DNA of 46,813 nt from a virus (lineage: Duplodnaviria > Caudoviricetes): positions 1-46,813 of IMG/VR virus record IMGVR_UViG_3300044711_000058, one strand, 5' to 3'. Positions 27,762 through 36,977 of the stretch are shown here, piece by piece (the stretch's first letter is position 1; each line of letters starts with the position of its first letter). The translations under genes and the position numbers were made by a program. Under the pieces are notes generated by a model. It did no database searches. It was not told where the DNA came from and was given only the letters and a program-made list of their open reading frames with translations.

Positions 27762-29816
27762 ATGCCAATCACTCAACAATTCCAAGGCATCGTTCCTGAT
27801 CCGTTCCAAGGGCAGCAAGCTGGCGATTACGGCAATGGGCTTTCGGGCTCCCTTACCCCGACGTCACAGGTGAATGCTGCCAATCAGAAGAAGGTAACCG
27901 GGAATCCATTCTCCGATGCGCTCGCGGGAGCGGCCACATGGCAACCGTTGAATTTCGGCGCCACGACCACAACGCCAGCTCAGGGCGCGAGCAATCCATT
28001 CGCGACAGCATTCGAATCACAGCCGGATGGCGAGGCTGGTGGTGGTGCCATCTCGCAGACAACCGGTGTCGTTCCAGCGGCAGGCGCGGCGTGGGAGCCG
28101 ATGGCGTCGGTTTCATATAGCAATGTGACGCCGCCAGCGCCAGCGCCGACTAACCCAGTATTTACGGGCTCCTCAAACAGCACGTTCAACGCTGAATCAG
28201 ATAAGACGCGCGCCATCACGCCGCCAACTGACCCGCTTTACGCGAAACTCTACGAGTACGCAGCCGAACCGGGTTACGAATATCTGAAAGACAAGCCGGA
28301 CCTTCTGCGCGGCTATTATCAGTACGTTGATGATCTGCGCACGCGCTTGAAGCAGGTAGGGTTTGACGGCTCCGCTGCTGATCGGCTCGACTTCGTCGAT
28401 TACCTAAAGCATCAGGGGCAGGCGTCTCCGCTCGCTGGCCGCAATGGTTACGACACGTGGACCGACATGCCCGCCGCACTTGATCCGAACTGGAAGTCAA
28501 GCGGCGGGAGCGGTGGCGGCGCGTTTACCACGTACGGCGATCCTGCGCAAGGCCTCGACCCGGCCATCGCTGGCCTCGCCCAGCAGTACGCCGTTGATGA
28601 CCCACGCTATAGCTGGCTCATACAGTCGCCCGTGGCCGTGCAGGAGTATCAGACTTGGGCGAATCAGACCGGCAACACGGACGTCGATATCGTCGATTGG
28701 CTGAAGCATCAGAGCGCCTACGCGAATCGAGAGAACCCGCTCGTCGGCCGCCGAGGGTACGACACCTTTCTGTACAAGAAAGACGCAAACGGCCAGCTCG
28801 TTCCCCGTGGCGCAACGTCCACGCCAGCGGCGGGCACCCCGCCGCCCGGCATGACGTACACCGAAAGCGGCGGATCTGGCGGCGGCATGCTCACCGGCAC
28901 TGCACCGCCAGCACAACCTCCGGCGGTGCCGGCTACTGCGACCACCGCTCCACCTCCAGCGGCCGTCCCCCCGCCCGCTGCGCCGCCTCCGGTCGCGACC
29001 ACACCGGCTCCGCCTCCATCGAGCACGCCTCCGCCAGCCGCCACGCCTCCACCCACCACGACAGTTACGGGGCAAGTTCCCGCGGCTGAGATCCAGCAGT
29101 TGATCGATATCTACCGCAAGGAATACCAGAGTCAGCAACCCGACATCGAGGGCTTGCTGAATCCGATGTTTGCGCGACAGCGGCAGAACCTGATCGGAGA
29201 CCTCAACGCGGACGCAGCCGCTACGGGAGCGATCCACTCGGGCGGGTTCGGCCAGACGAAGGGTGATGCGCTCGCCAATCTCGGCGAGAAACAATCGGGC
29301 ATCCTCGCTGACTACGCGTCAAAGCAAAACCTCGCGCAGATGGAGCAGAACACGGAACTGGCGAAGCTCTCGACGAGTGCGGGGATGCAGCAGTTCCTAG
29401 CCGAGATGAATGATTCGCTCCAGCGAGATCAGATCAACACGAACGCCGATCTTCAGAAATGGCTGAGCACGGACGACAACACGCTGAAGAAGTACGGCAT
29501 TGACGCTCAGGCCGTGTGGGAGAAGTACCAGTCGGACATAGGGCTTAAGGGCAAGCAGATTGATGCGGCGGCCTCGATCGACGCGGCTAAGCTCCACGCG
29601 GCAGCAGCGAACGCAGCAGCCGGGGCGCAGGCTCGCGTCTCATCGGAGAACGCACGCCTTCAGCATCAACTGGGCCTCGACCAGCTCGGCGTTGCCCGCG
29701 AGAACAACATGGGTAATTTCATTCTGGGCATCATGTCGCTCATTGCCGGCGGCGCGGATAATCTCGGCGACATCCTGAAGAATCTTCCGACCGGCCTGGT
29801 CGTTTCGACACCATGA
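27762..29816 (+). CDS. Putative internal virion (ejection) protein with duplicated domain and Pro-rich linker
   Basis: AAATGAIHSGGFG motif, Q/A-rich helical C-terminus. Confidence 0.65.
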   Translation: MPITQQFQGIVPDPFQGQQAGDYGNGLSGSLTPTSQVNAANQKKVTGNPFSDALAGAATWQPLNFGATTTTPAQGASNPFATAFESQPDGEAGGGAISQTTGVVPAAGAAWEPMASVSYSNVTPPAPAPTNPVFTGSSNSTFNAESDKTRAITPPTDPLYAKLYEYAAEPGYEYLKDKPDLLRGYYQYVDDLRTRLKQVGFDGSAADRLDFVDYLKHQGQASPLAGRNGYDTWTDMPAALDPNWKSSGGSGGGAFTTYGDPAQGLDPAIAGLAQQYAVDDPRYSWLIQSPVAVQEYQTWANQTGNTDVDIVDWLKHQSAYANRENPLVGRRGYDTFLYKKDANGQLVPRGATSTPAAGTPPPGMTYTESGGSGGGMLTGTAPPAQPPAVPATATTAPPPAAVPPPAAPPPVATTPAPPPSSTPPPAATPPPTTTVTGQVPAAEIQQLIDIYRKEYQSQQPDIEGLLNPMFARQRQNLIGDLNADAAATGAIHSGGFGQTKGDALANLGEKQSGILADYASKQNLAQMEQNTELAKLSTSAGMQQFLAEMNDSLQRDQINTNADLQKWLSTDDNTLKKYGIDAQAVWEKYQSDIGLKGKQIDAAASIDAAKLHAAAANAAAGAQARVSSENARLQHQLGLDQLGVARENNMGNFILGIMSLIAGGADNLGDILKNLPTGLVVSTP

Positions 29817-29826
29817 GGTAACCCGA

Positions 29827-31269
29827 ATGGCCGAATTCGTACAGTTGCAGCGCTCCGGTCCCGATCCGTACTCCCTGCTCACGCATGCCGTCAGTCAGTA
29901 CGAGGATGCGCAGCAACGCCAGCGCGAGGAGAGGATGAAGGGCCAGCAGCTCGACCTCCAGCGCGGCCAGCTCGATCTGCAAGGCAAAGAGTTCGCCTCA
30001 AACGACGCATACCGGTCCGGTAATCTGAAGCTCGGACAGGACACGCTTGCGGACCAACAGAAGAAGGCGCAGGCGGAGCAGTTCATCGATCTCCACGTTA
30101 AGCCGCTCTTCACGGCGGGAGACACGGCTGGCGCGGCGAAATTGGTGCAGGACTTCACGACAGCGCACCCCGACCTCGTTCCGTACCTCGCCGCTGCGGC
30201 GCAGAGTCGCGCAGCAACGCCAGCAGAAGAGGCGTCCGGCAACACGGGCAGATTCGCAAGGACTCAGACCGGCATCGCCGCGTCAGGCGGTACCGATCCA
30301 AACGCGGTTAACTTCACGACGAAGGCTGCAACTGGCGCATTCATGCCAAATGAAGGATTCGCGCAGCAGCAGGCGACGGACCTCGGCGCTCGCATGAAGG
30401 CTGGCGAGCCTGCGCCGAACCTAAAAGGTGGTATTCCTCGACCGAGCGGTAACTCGGTAACTGACTACGAGTCGCGCTCTACTGGCGCCATGACCACGGC
30501 GCCACAGAACCAAACGAGCCAGACGAGTATCACGACAGAAGGGATGCGGGAGGCTGGCGCGAACAAACGACAGGCAATGATAATTCAGGGCCAGAAGGAT
30601 CTCGCACTGACGAAGACAACCGGGGCGGGGAATCCGCAAGTCGTCGCGAACTACATGGCCGCGATAAACGGCGCCGTAAAGAACGGCCGGGACGCAAGCG
30701 GCATCCTGAAATCAATCAAAGATCCAAAGGTAGCGCAGGCCGTCTCCGAAGAGTTGGCTAAACCGGAGAACGCATCGCTGTATCAGGCCGCGCTCATCCC
30801 GCCGACAGCGCGAGAATCAATCGCCGCCATCGATCCGTTGATCGCACAGGCGCGCAAAGTTCAGAGGGCGTACGAAAAGCATAAGGGCGAAAATAACCTC
30901 TTTGATCGCGACACAATCGACTACGGCCTCTACCGCGCGGGCAAGAAGCCGCCCGACAACTCTCCGATTGCCGAAGTAGCAAATACGCAGATGCTCGGCA
31001 TTCAGGCAGGAGCGCGGCTCCTGAAGGGCGGGAGCAGAGCATACCCCGCGCTGAAAATGGCGATGCAGCACGCACCGGATGGCGCGATCGACACGCGCGC
31101 GAATATCTACGACAAGAGCGGCAAGCTCATCACTCAGCTCGTAGCTGTGCACAACTCGGAACTCGGATGGGACGGCGGCAGCGAGGCCCCGCCGGTCGGT
31201 GCTCTGCGATCTTTCCCGAATGGTGCCCTCGGTCGGTGGGATGGTCACGGATGGGCGGAGGAGCCATGA
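29827..31269 (+). CDS. Putative internal virion (ejection) protein
   Basis: Q-rich helical N-terminus; C-terminal GRWDGHGW hairpin motif. Confidence 0.65.
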   Translation: MAEFVQLQRSGPDPYSLLTHAVSQYEDAQQRQREERMKGQQLDLQRGQLDLQGKEFASNDAYRSGNLKLGQDTLADQQKKAQAEQFIDLHVKPLFTAGDTAGAAKLVQDFTTAHPDLVPYLAAAAQSRAATPAEEASGNTGRFARTQTGIAASGGTDPNAVNFTTKAATGAFMPNEGFAQQQATDLGARMKAGEPAPNLKGGIPRPSGNSVTDYESRSTGAMTTAPQNQTSQTSITTEGMREAGANKRQAMIIQGQKDLALTKTTGAGNPQVVANYMAAINGAVKNGRDASGILKSIKDPKVAQAVSEELAKPENASLYQAALIPPTARESIAAIDPLIAQARKVQRAYEKHKGENNLFDRDTIDYGLYRAGKKPPDNSPIAEVANTQMLGIQAGARLLKGGSRAYPALKMAMQHAPDGAIDTRANIYDKSGKLITQLVAVHNSELGWDGGSEAPPVGALRSFPNGALGRWDGHGWAEEP

Positions 31270-33507
31270 GTGCCGTATCTCGACGACAGCGGTAACAGGA
31301 TCGGCGCGCCATCGCCGCAGGCCGGTCCAGTAATGGGCGCCGGAAAGCGCTACCTCGACGATAACGGAGAGGTGCAGACCTCGGCGCCGTCGAGCGTAGC
31401 GGAGCAGGCGCGCACCCGTCTCGCTTCGCAAGGCGTGACGCCCGAACAGGTGAAGGCAAAGACAGGAGAAATCCCGCCCGCTCCGGACTCGCTGCCGGAT
31501 AGCCCCTTCGTTCGCTTCCTCCGCGGAATGGGCGTCCCCACAAGTCGGGCTGAGATGGAGGCGATCGGACGTCACTTCGATCCGATCGGCGGCACGGTCG
31601 ACGACATCAAGAACAGGAACTACGGTGGCGCCGCGTCCCGCCTTGGTGGGCCAGCCGGGCAAGCCGCATACGACCTCCTACACACGATCGGGCAAGAGGG
31701 CGGACAGCAAATCGGCCAAACGATCGACGCCGCTCAGGAAGCAAAGCAGAAACTCGGCGAGGGCGACAGGCACGCAGCGGTGACCGCTGGAGAGAAGTAC
31801 CTGGGGCACGGCCTCGGCGCCGCTGTGCCGCTCGTAGGGCCTCCAGCGGCCGAGGGCGACCTAGCAGGCGCGGGAGGGCGGCTTACCGCCTTGGCGGCAC
31901 CAGAGCTGATTAAAGGCATAGCCCCAACGCGGGCGGGCGCCATCGAAACGTATGGGAAGACATTCGGGCCGAAGGCTGATCCCACGCTGATCAACGAAGT
32001 AGTGCCGCGCCTGCTCGACGAAAGGAAGATCGTCAGCGACCCGGAAAGCCTTGCCGCCTACGGCGAGCGTCTTCAGAAGTCAGGCGGCCCGGTAGGCGTC
32101 GACGGCAAGCCCGTGACGACGATCGACCCGGTGACGAAGAAGTTTCAACCCCGAGCCGCAAATCCTGACGTGAAGTTCGGCGAACAGCTCAGCGAGCTCG
32201 CAGACAGCGCGCCGGGCACAAAGGGCGGCGCACTCGGCGGCGTCGGTTCGATGGCGGCCGGATACCTCATTCACAAGCTGATGCCGGCGGGCTGGTTCAT
32301 CCCCGGCATGGCCGAGACGATCGGCGCCGCGAAGATCGCCAAAGCTATCTATACCAGCCCGCTCTTCCGGACTACCGCTGCCGTCGTGAAGGATTCGCTG
32401 GCAAAGGCCCTCCGCAACGGTAATACAGAGGCGGCGCTTCAGATCGGCTCGCGGATCATTGGCGGTCACGGGCTCGACGACGAATACGGCCATGACCCGG
32501 CGATCCATTCAGCGGTAGACGGCGCCTTCGCGAAGGCGGACGGCAACCCAATGGTAGCCCGCCAGTTGCTTCATTCTCAGGAGGCAGTCTATGTCAACCC
32601 AGACGGGAGCGAAGTCCGCGTCCCTCACCACGTCCTCAGCTCCTTCGTCAACGCCATCCCAGGGACCAATCTACAACACGCCGATTCTGGGATGGCTCCG
32701 AGCAATGCGCAAGGCGGGACAGGTCAAGCCGGGCGGCAAGCTGATGTTCCGCAAGCGGGGATGAGCGGCAGCACTCGCCTAGACATCAAACAGAGCAGCC
32801 CCGGTGATTCATCTGGCGGCGGCCTCCCCATTCTTGAACGGGCCAGCCATCGACCAGATGCCGAGTGGCCATCTAACCCGAAAGGCAACAACGAAAACGA
32901 CGCGATGCTTCTCAAAACCATCCCGTCGAAACTCCTGCCGCCACAGTTCAAGAACGCGCGTGATGTTACGTACGGCTCCCGGATTGACGGCAAGATTCCC
33001 GTTGACCCGAGCGCGTTCGCCGTTTACGGGGCGGACTTCCCGTCAGGCGAGCTGACGACCGTCCTCAACGGCGGCGACTATCCGAACAACATCCTGATAT
33101 CTCGGAAAGGCGCGGACGCAACGGACGTCTACGCGCACGAAACCGGACACGCGATCTATGAAAAGGATCTGACGCCAGCGCAACGGCAGGAATGGGAGCG
33201 GCACCACGCACAAGTGCTCTCCAGCGTCAAGAGCGAGCTTTCGCGATCCGGCATCACGTCGCCCCGCGATCCGAACTTCAAAGCCGCACTAAGCCAGGTC
33301 ACGGCGCACTACCCGCGCGCCATCGTGAATTATCCCGACAGCCCGCAGGAGTCATTTGCCGAATCGGTCGCGCAGTACATGTCAAACCCGAAGGCCTTCC
33401 GGGCGGCCCACCCTACGGACTACCACCTGATCAGCGACTTCTTCGGGCGTCGTGACTACACTGGCGGGAGGGCTCTCGATCCGCCTCGGGACGACGCGGC
33501 AAGGTGA
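31270..33507 (+). CDS. Large internal virion protein with C-terminal zincin metallopeptidase domain
   Basis: YLDDxG x2 N-terminus; YAHETGHAI (HExxH) and QESFAES third-ligand helix. Confidence 0.75.
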   Translation: MPYLDDSGNRIGAPSPQAGPVMGAGKRYLDDNGEVQTSAPSSVAEQARTRLASQGVTPEQVKAKTGEIPPAPDSLPDSPFVRFLRGMGVPTSRAEMEAIGRHFDPIGGTVDDIKNRNYGGAASRLGGPAGQAAYDLLHTIGQEGGQQIGQTIDAAQEAKQKLGEGDRHAAVTAGEKYLGHGLGAAVPLVGPPAAEGDLAGAGGRLTALAAPELIKGIAPTRAGAIETYGKTFGPKADPTLINEVVPRLLDERKIVSDPESLAAYGERLQKSGGPVGVDGKPVTTIDPVTKKFQPRAANPDVKFGEQLSELADSAPGTKGGALGGVGSMAAGYLIHKLMPAGWFIPGMAETIGAAKIAKAIYTSPLFRTTAAVVKDSLAKALRNGNTEAALQIGSRIIGGHGLDDEYGHDPAIHSAVDGAFAKADGNPMVARQLLHSQEAVYVNPDGSEVRVPHHVLSSFVNAIPGTNLQHADSGMAPSNAQGGTGQAGRQADVPQAGMSGSTRLDIKQSSPGDSSGGGLPILERASHRPDAEWPSNPKGNNENDAMLLKTIPSKLLPPQFKNARDVTYGSRIDGKIPVDPSAFAVYGADFPSGELTTVLNGGDYPNNILISRKGADATDVYAHETGHAIYEKDLTPAQRQEWERHHAQVLSSVKSELSRSGITSPRDPNFKAALSQVTAHYPRAIVNYPDSPQESFAESVAQYMSNPKAFRAAHPTDYHLISDFFGRRDYTGGRALDPPRDDAAR
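32591..32764 (+). CDS. Candidate nested 57-aa gene in +1 frame
   Basis: AGGAGG 6 nt before ATG; stop overlaps an in-frame ATG of the host gene. Confidence 0.4.
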   Translation: MSTQTGAKSASLTTSSAPSSTPSQGPIYNTPILGWLRAMRKAGQVKPGGKLMFRKRG

Positions 33508-33986
33508 GCGCGATGTGTAGCAGCAAGTTGCATGTTGTGGGTAGGGAAACGCCAGAATCAGACACACCTAGGGTGTGCGGAGGAGGTGAGGCGTTGGCGG
33601 AGATTGGCGAAGCGCAAGAGCGGCGTAGCGGTGACGATCGACGCGAATCGGCGCCGCCGGTCGCAGTCAAGCCTCCATCAGCATGGGCAGACCCACGCAC
33701 GTGGATCTCGATCTGCGGCATCCTCCTCACCATCTGTCTGGCAATCGGCGGGTTCATCGCATCCAAGCTGTCCTCGATCGACAGTGCGATGCAGCATCTC
33801 CTCGTGAGCCAGACTGAGACGACGACACGCCAGACCGAGCAGATTAACCAGCTCCGTGAAAAGCAGGCAGAGTTTCAAGGGAAGCTCGACAAGACGATCG
33901 CGGACCAGACCGCTTACAATTACGACCTGATGAAGCAGCTTACGGCAATCAAAACCGAGATGAGCATCCGGAACGGGGGCAAGTGA
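33504..33986 (+). CDS. Membrane protein with coiled coil (lysis-module candidate)
   Basis: ERRSGDDRR, one TM helix, long coiled coil. Confidence 0.65.
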   Translation: MSAMCSSKLHVVGRETPESDTPRVCGGGEALAEIGEAQERRSGDDRRESAPPVAVKPPSAWADPRTWISICGILLTICLAIGGFIASKLSSIDSAMQHLLVSQTETTTRQTEQINQLREKQAEFQGKLDKTIADQTAYNYDLMKQLTAIKTEMSIRNGGK

Positions 33987-34255
33987 TGTGCGTCAAATGT
34001 ATCGTGGATTCGCAGCACACGACGGCGGTGGCCACTTACCTCATCGAGAAGCAGCGCGGTTGGAAAGAGACCCTGAACCGTCTCGACGACGCCAACGAGC
34101 TCGACGAAGAGGACTACAAGCTTCTTCTGCCGATGGCCGACGAGATGTGCTACGAGGGCACCGAGTGGATGGAGAACATCAACAAGTGGGATGAGGTGAT
34201 TCGCACGATCGCGAAGAAACACAGCCCTCCGAAGCACATGAAGGCTCACAGCTAG
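33983..34255 (+). CDS. Hypothetical protein
   Basis: GTGA coupling; CVKC. Confidence 0.6.
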   Translation: MMCVKCIVDSQHTTAVATYLIEKQRGWKETLNRLDDANELDEEDYKLLLPMADEMCYEGTEWMENINKWDEVIRTIAKKHSPPKHMKAHS

Positions 34256-34259
34256 GCAC

Positions 34260-34461
34260 GTGAACAAGAAAGAACGCTGCATCCGGGGGCACCTTTGATC
34301 CGCCGCGTACGAAGCGTGGGCAGTGCAAGCTGTGTCGTCGCGGCTTCACACACGGCGCGCGCCTGCCGTGACTGCCTTCGCGCTGTCGCGCCTGCGGCCA
34401 TCTCGCGCACGGCCTCTTCTGCCGATCGCGGCGACGTGGCGGCTGCGAGTGCGAGGGGTAG
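34260..34461 (+). pseudogene. Interrupted or recoded zinc-finger gene, paralog of 1340-1696
   Basis: KERCIRGHL, +1 shift, GQCKLC, in-frame TGA, CRACGH...C...CECEG. Confidence 0.6.
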
Positions 34462-34464
34462 TTG

Positions 34465-34839
34465 GTGAACTACGCCCTCATCTTGCTCGTCGTCGATGCC
34501 GTCGCCTCGCCGGTTGCGCCGTGGTGGGGGCCGATGGTTGAGCACATCATCCAAGCGCTTATCGTCTCCTGCGTTCCGGTGGCTGCGACGATCATTCGAG
34601 GTGTCATCAGCCACCGGGAGCACGTACAGAATCTTGAGGTGGCGCGCAAGGCAGTTGAGGGCCGCGACGAGATCAAGGCGGCCATTGAGGTAGTCCACAA
34701 CGATGTGAAGACGGCGAACGCGCTCAGTATGGGTCAGCTTGCCGATGCAGCAGAGACGCGAAGAGTGGACGACATTCCGGCCGCCAATCGGACCGCAGCC
34801 GAGCAGGGCCATCTCGACGCGGTGCCGCCGAAGTCGTAG
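34465..34839 (+). CDS. Membrane protein, holin-like
   Basis: GAGGGG RBS; hydrophobic segments then EVVHNDVK pattern. Confidence 0.5.
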   Translation: MNYALILLVVDAVASPVAPWWGPMVEHIIQALIVSCVPVAATIIRGVISHREHVQNLEVARKAVEGRDEIKAAIEVVHNDVKTANALSMGQLADAAETRRVDDIPAANRTAAEQGHLDAVPPKS

Positions 34840-34902
34840 CGGCCCACGTCGTGCAGTAGAATCTCCCAATCAACCCTCCCGGAGGTGCCCACAGGTGAAA
34901 CG

Positions 34903-35217
34903 ATGAAACTCAGCATCAACGCCACGATTCACATCCATCACGAACCTTCAACCGCAGTGCTCGACGCAATCGCGTCACTCGAAAGGAAAATGACAATGGC
35001 CTTCGCCAAGGAATCGGAGTTCATCTCCGCGCTCAACGAATCCACCAACCTGCTCGCCACGCGAGTGCAGGCGCTCCTCGACGCCGCGAAGGATCGGCCG
35101 CTCACCCCGGCAGAGCAGGAGGCGGGTCAGGCCATCATCGATCACCTGAACGCCATCGGTACCGTCGCATCCGATCCGATCCCCGATGTGCCGCCCGAAA
35201 CGGCCGTCACCCCGTAA
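34903..35217 (+). CDS. Hypothetical coiled-coil protein
   Basis: AGGTG RBS; IHIHH...LERKM pattern. Confidence 0.65.
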   Translation: MKLSINATIHIHHEPSTAVLDAIASLERKMTMAFAKESEFISALNESTNLLATRVQALLDAAKDRPLTPAEQEAGQAIIDHLNAIGTVASDPIPDVPPETAVTP

Positions 35218-35292
35218 CTCCGTCCACACCGGGAGCTCGCCCCGGCTCGCCGCGCTCTCCTCGTCCTCGTCGCATGCTGGCGAGGACGAACC

Positions 35293-35814
35293 TTACTCGG
35301 GGCGTGTCCGCGCGACGTTACACGGACATTGACCGCTACGTGATCTCGCGCCGCACGGTTGGCAAGTATGTTCACCCGTCAGCCGGTAGTGTTCGGCGTT
35401 TTGGTTGCGGCGCAGGATTCGGCATTCGAAGCAGCAGTCCATCCTGTTACGAACGTTGTTGAGTGAAGCCGTGCGCCTCGCCTCGTAGCAGCCACACACG
35501 CAGCGGCACGACCAAAGCGCGCCACGATCACTCCTCTTCGAAGTACGCCGGTCGTGAGCGCCCTCTATCAGATCGATGACCGTCAGCGATCCAACAACGC
35601 GCCCGATTAGATTCGGGAGCCATCGAGGCCAGAACTGGCGCGGTAGCGGTGTTAACGGTCCGACGCACGAGTGCAGTTGACGACCGCGATTCGGAGGGTC
35701 GTACCCTTCTTCGCTGACGTGAAACAGGTCGGCGGCGGCGTTGGCATCGATCGGCCGCCGGTGCAGGATGTGCGCAAGCTTCGTAAGCGTCTCACCGTCC
35801 GTTTCGCGCTTCAT
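35293..35814 (-). CDS. Cys-rich protein with HNH/AP2-associated N-terminal-type domain
   Basis: NLIGRVVGSLTVI...WSCRCVCG motif; AAGGAG/GGGAG RBS. Confidence 0.65.
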   Translation of the reverse strand: MKRETDGETLTKLAHILHRRPIDANAAADLFHVSEEGYDPPNRGRQLHSCVGPLTPLPRQFWPRWLPNLIGRVVGSLTVIDLIEGAHDRRTSKRSDRGALWSCRCVCGCYEARRTASLNNVRNRMDCCFECRILRRNQNAEHYRLTGEHTCQPCGARSRSGQCPCNVARTRPE

Positions 35815-35865
35815 CTCCCTCTCCTTCTGGCCCGCCCCTTGCTCTGAACCGAGCGGAGGCGTCCC

Positions 35866-36018
35866 ATGCCCATGCTCGTGCCGTTCCTGCTCATCTTGGC
35901 ACTGGTTCTCTTCATCATCGCCGCTGCGTTCAATCCACCGCCTTGGTGGAATCGTCTCATTGCAGCTGGTCTGGCGTCGGCGATCCTGGCGTTTCTGCTG
36001 ACGCACTGGCCGAAGTAG
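35866..36018 (+). CDS. 50-aa two-TM membrane protein (not in ORF track)
   Basis: GGAGG RBS; MPMLVPFLLILALVLFIIAAAF-NPPPWWNR-LIAAGLASAILAFLL. Confidence 0.7.
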   Translation: MPMLVPFLLILALVLFIIAAAFNPPPWWNRLIAAGLASAILAFLLTHWPK

Positions 36019-36235
36019 GCAACCAATCTGACCACGTGATCAGCTCCGTGCCTGGATTGGAGTGATACGGTACGCCAGCGATCTGCGCTTCTTCATCGAA
36101 GCACGTCGGGCATAACACATTCCAGCGTCCGCGCACTACGGCGATCCACACGGCGTCGAAAACATCCCACGCCACGACGTTTCGGCGATTGCAGCGTCCG
36201 CACCATGGTCCCGGCCATCCTTGGCGATACGTCAT
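35957..36235 (-). CDS. Zinc-finger protein
   Basis: CGRC...VFDAVW...LCPTCF. Confidence 0.65.
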   Translation of the reverse strand: MTYRQGWPGPWCGRCNRRNVVAWDVFDAVWIAVVRGRWNVLCPTCFDEEAQIAGVPYHSNPGTELITWSDWLPTSASASAETPGSPTPDQLQ

Positions 36236-36245
36236 GATCCTCTCC

Positions 36246-36455
36246 TCACTCCGTCACCGGCTCTGCGGGATCTTCCACGCTCTCGATCGCCGCGAGTATC
36301 TGTCGTGCCGTCTCGCCGGGCTTGTCCAGCAGCAGCACGGCCGGCCCGTGATCGCAGCCGATGATTCCGATGCGCATCGAGCGTGTCGCCTTGTCGTACT
36401 CGTACGGGCCGGTGATCGTCGGGTGAAGTTCGATCGCGTTGCTCCAGTCGGTCAT
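36246..36455 (-). CDS. Hypothetical protein
   Basis: GGGAG RBS. Confidence 0.55.
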   Translation of the reverse strand: MTDWSNAIELHPTITGPYEYDKATRSMRIGIIGCDHGPAVLLLDKPGETARQILAAIESVEDPAEPVTE

Positions 36456-36497
36456 TGCTCCCACCGATCGCGATTCTTCTGTGTCCACGGCATCGGG

Positions 36498-36689
36498 TCA
36501 CTTCCTCGCCGCACATGCACCGAAGTAGCGATGCAGTGCAAACGTCGCCTCCTCCATCAGCTCCGATCGGCGCCTCAGCGTCGGCTTCTGCGCCATCTCG
36601 AAACAGATCGCGTGAACGGAGTCCATCCATTCCTCTTCGGGGGACTTCGGCGTGTCCTGGTCTTCGACCAGGCGGATGCGGATGCTCAT
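36498..36689 (-). CDS. Hypothetical protein
   Basis: ATGA coupling. Confidence 0.55.
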   Translation of the reverse strand: MSIRIRLVEDQDTPKSPEEEWMDSVHAICFEMAQKPTLRRRSELMEEATFALHRYFGACAARK

Positions 36690-36937
36690 GAGCGATCGCC
36701 ACCGTCCCCGCCGTCGCTAGGTATTGCGATGTGCGCAACCTCTTGCTGGACGAAGTAGCTGCCATCTGCCGCTCGCTTCCGGACGCTGATGCTGGCGCCG
36801 GCACCGCCGAACAGGATGAGTGTCTCGCGCGGCCATTTCTTCGCTAACCGCATGAGCGATTGAATAGCGGCCGTCTCGAAAATGTCGAGATCGATGCCGT
36901 TCTCATGATGCGTGAAATAGCTCTCGTGTCGGTTCAC
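36686..36937 (-). CDS. Hypothetical protein
   Basis: GAGGAGG RBS; LAKKWP...DGGD. Confidence 0.65.
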   Translation of the reverse strand: MNRHESYFTHHENGIDLDIFETAAIQSLMRLAKKWPRETLILFGGAGASISVRKRAADGSYFVQQEVAHIAIPSDGGDGGDRS

Positions 36938-36977
36938 AAATCCTCCTCAGTGGCCACTTCGGTTACGAGAATGGCGC

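Noticed and set aside
28900-29060. CCGCC-rich repeats
   Set aside because: Explained by Pro/Ala/Thr linker coding
11744-33766. Numerous long minus-strand ORFs over the virion module
   Set aside because: Antisense shadows expected at high GC; no RBS or motifs
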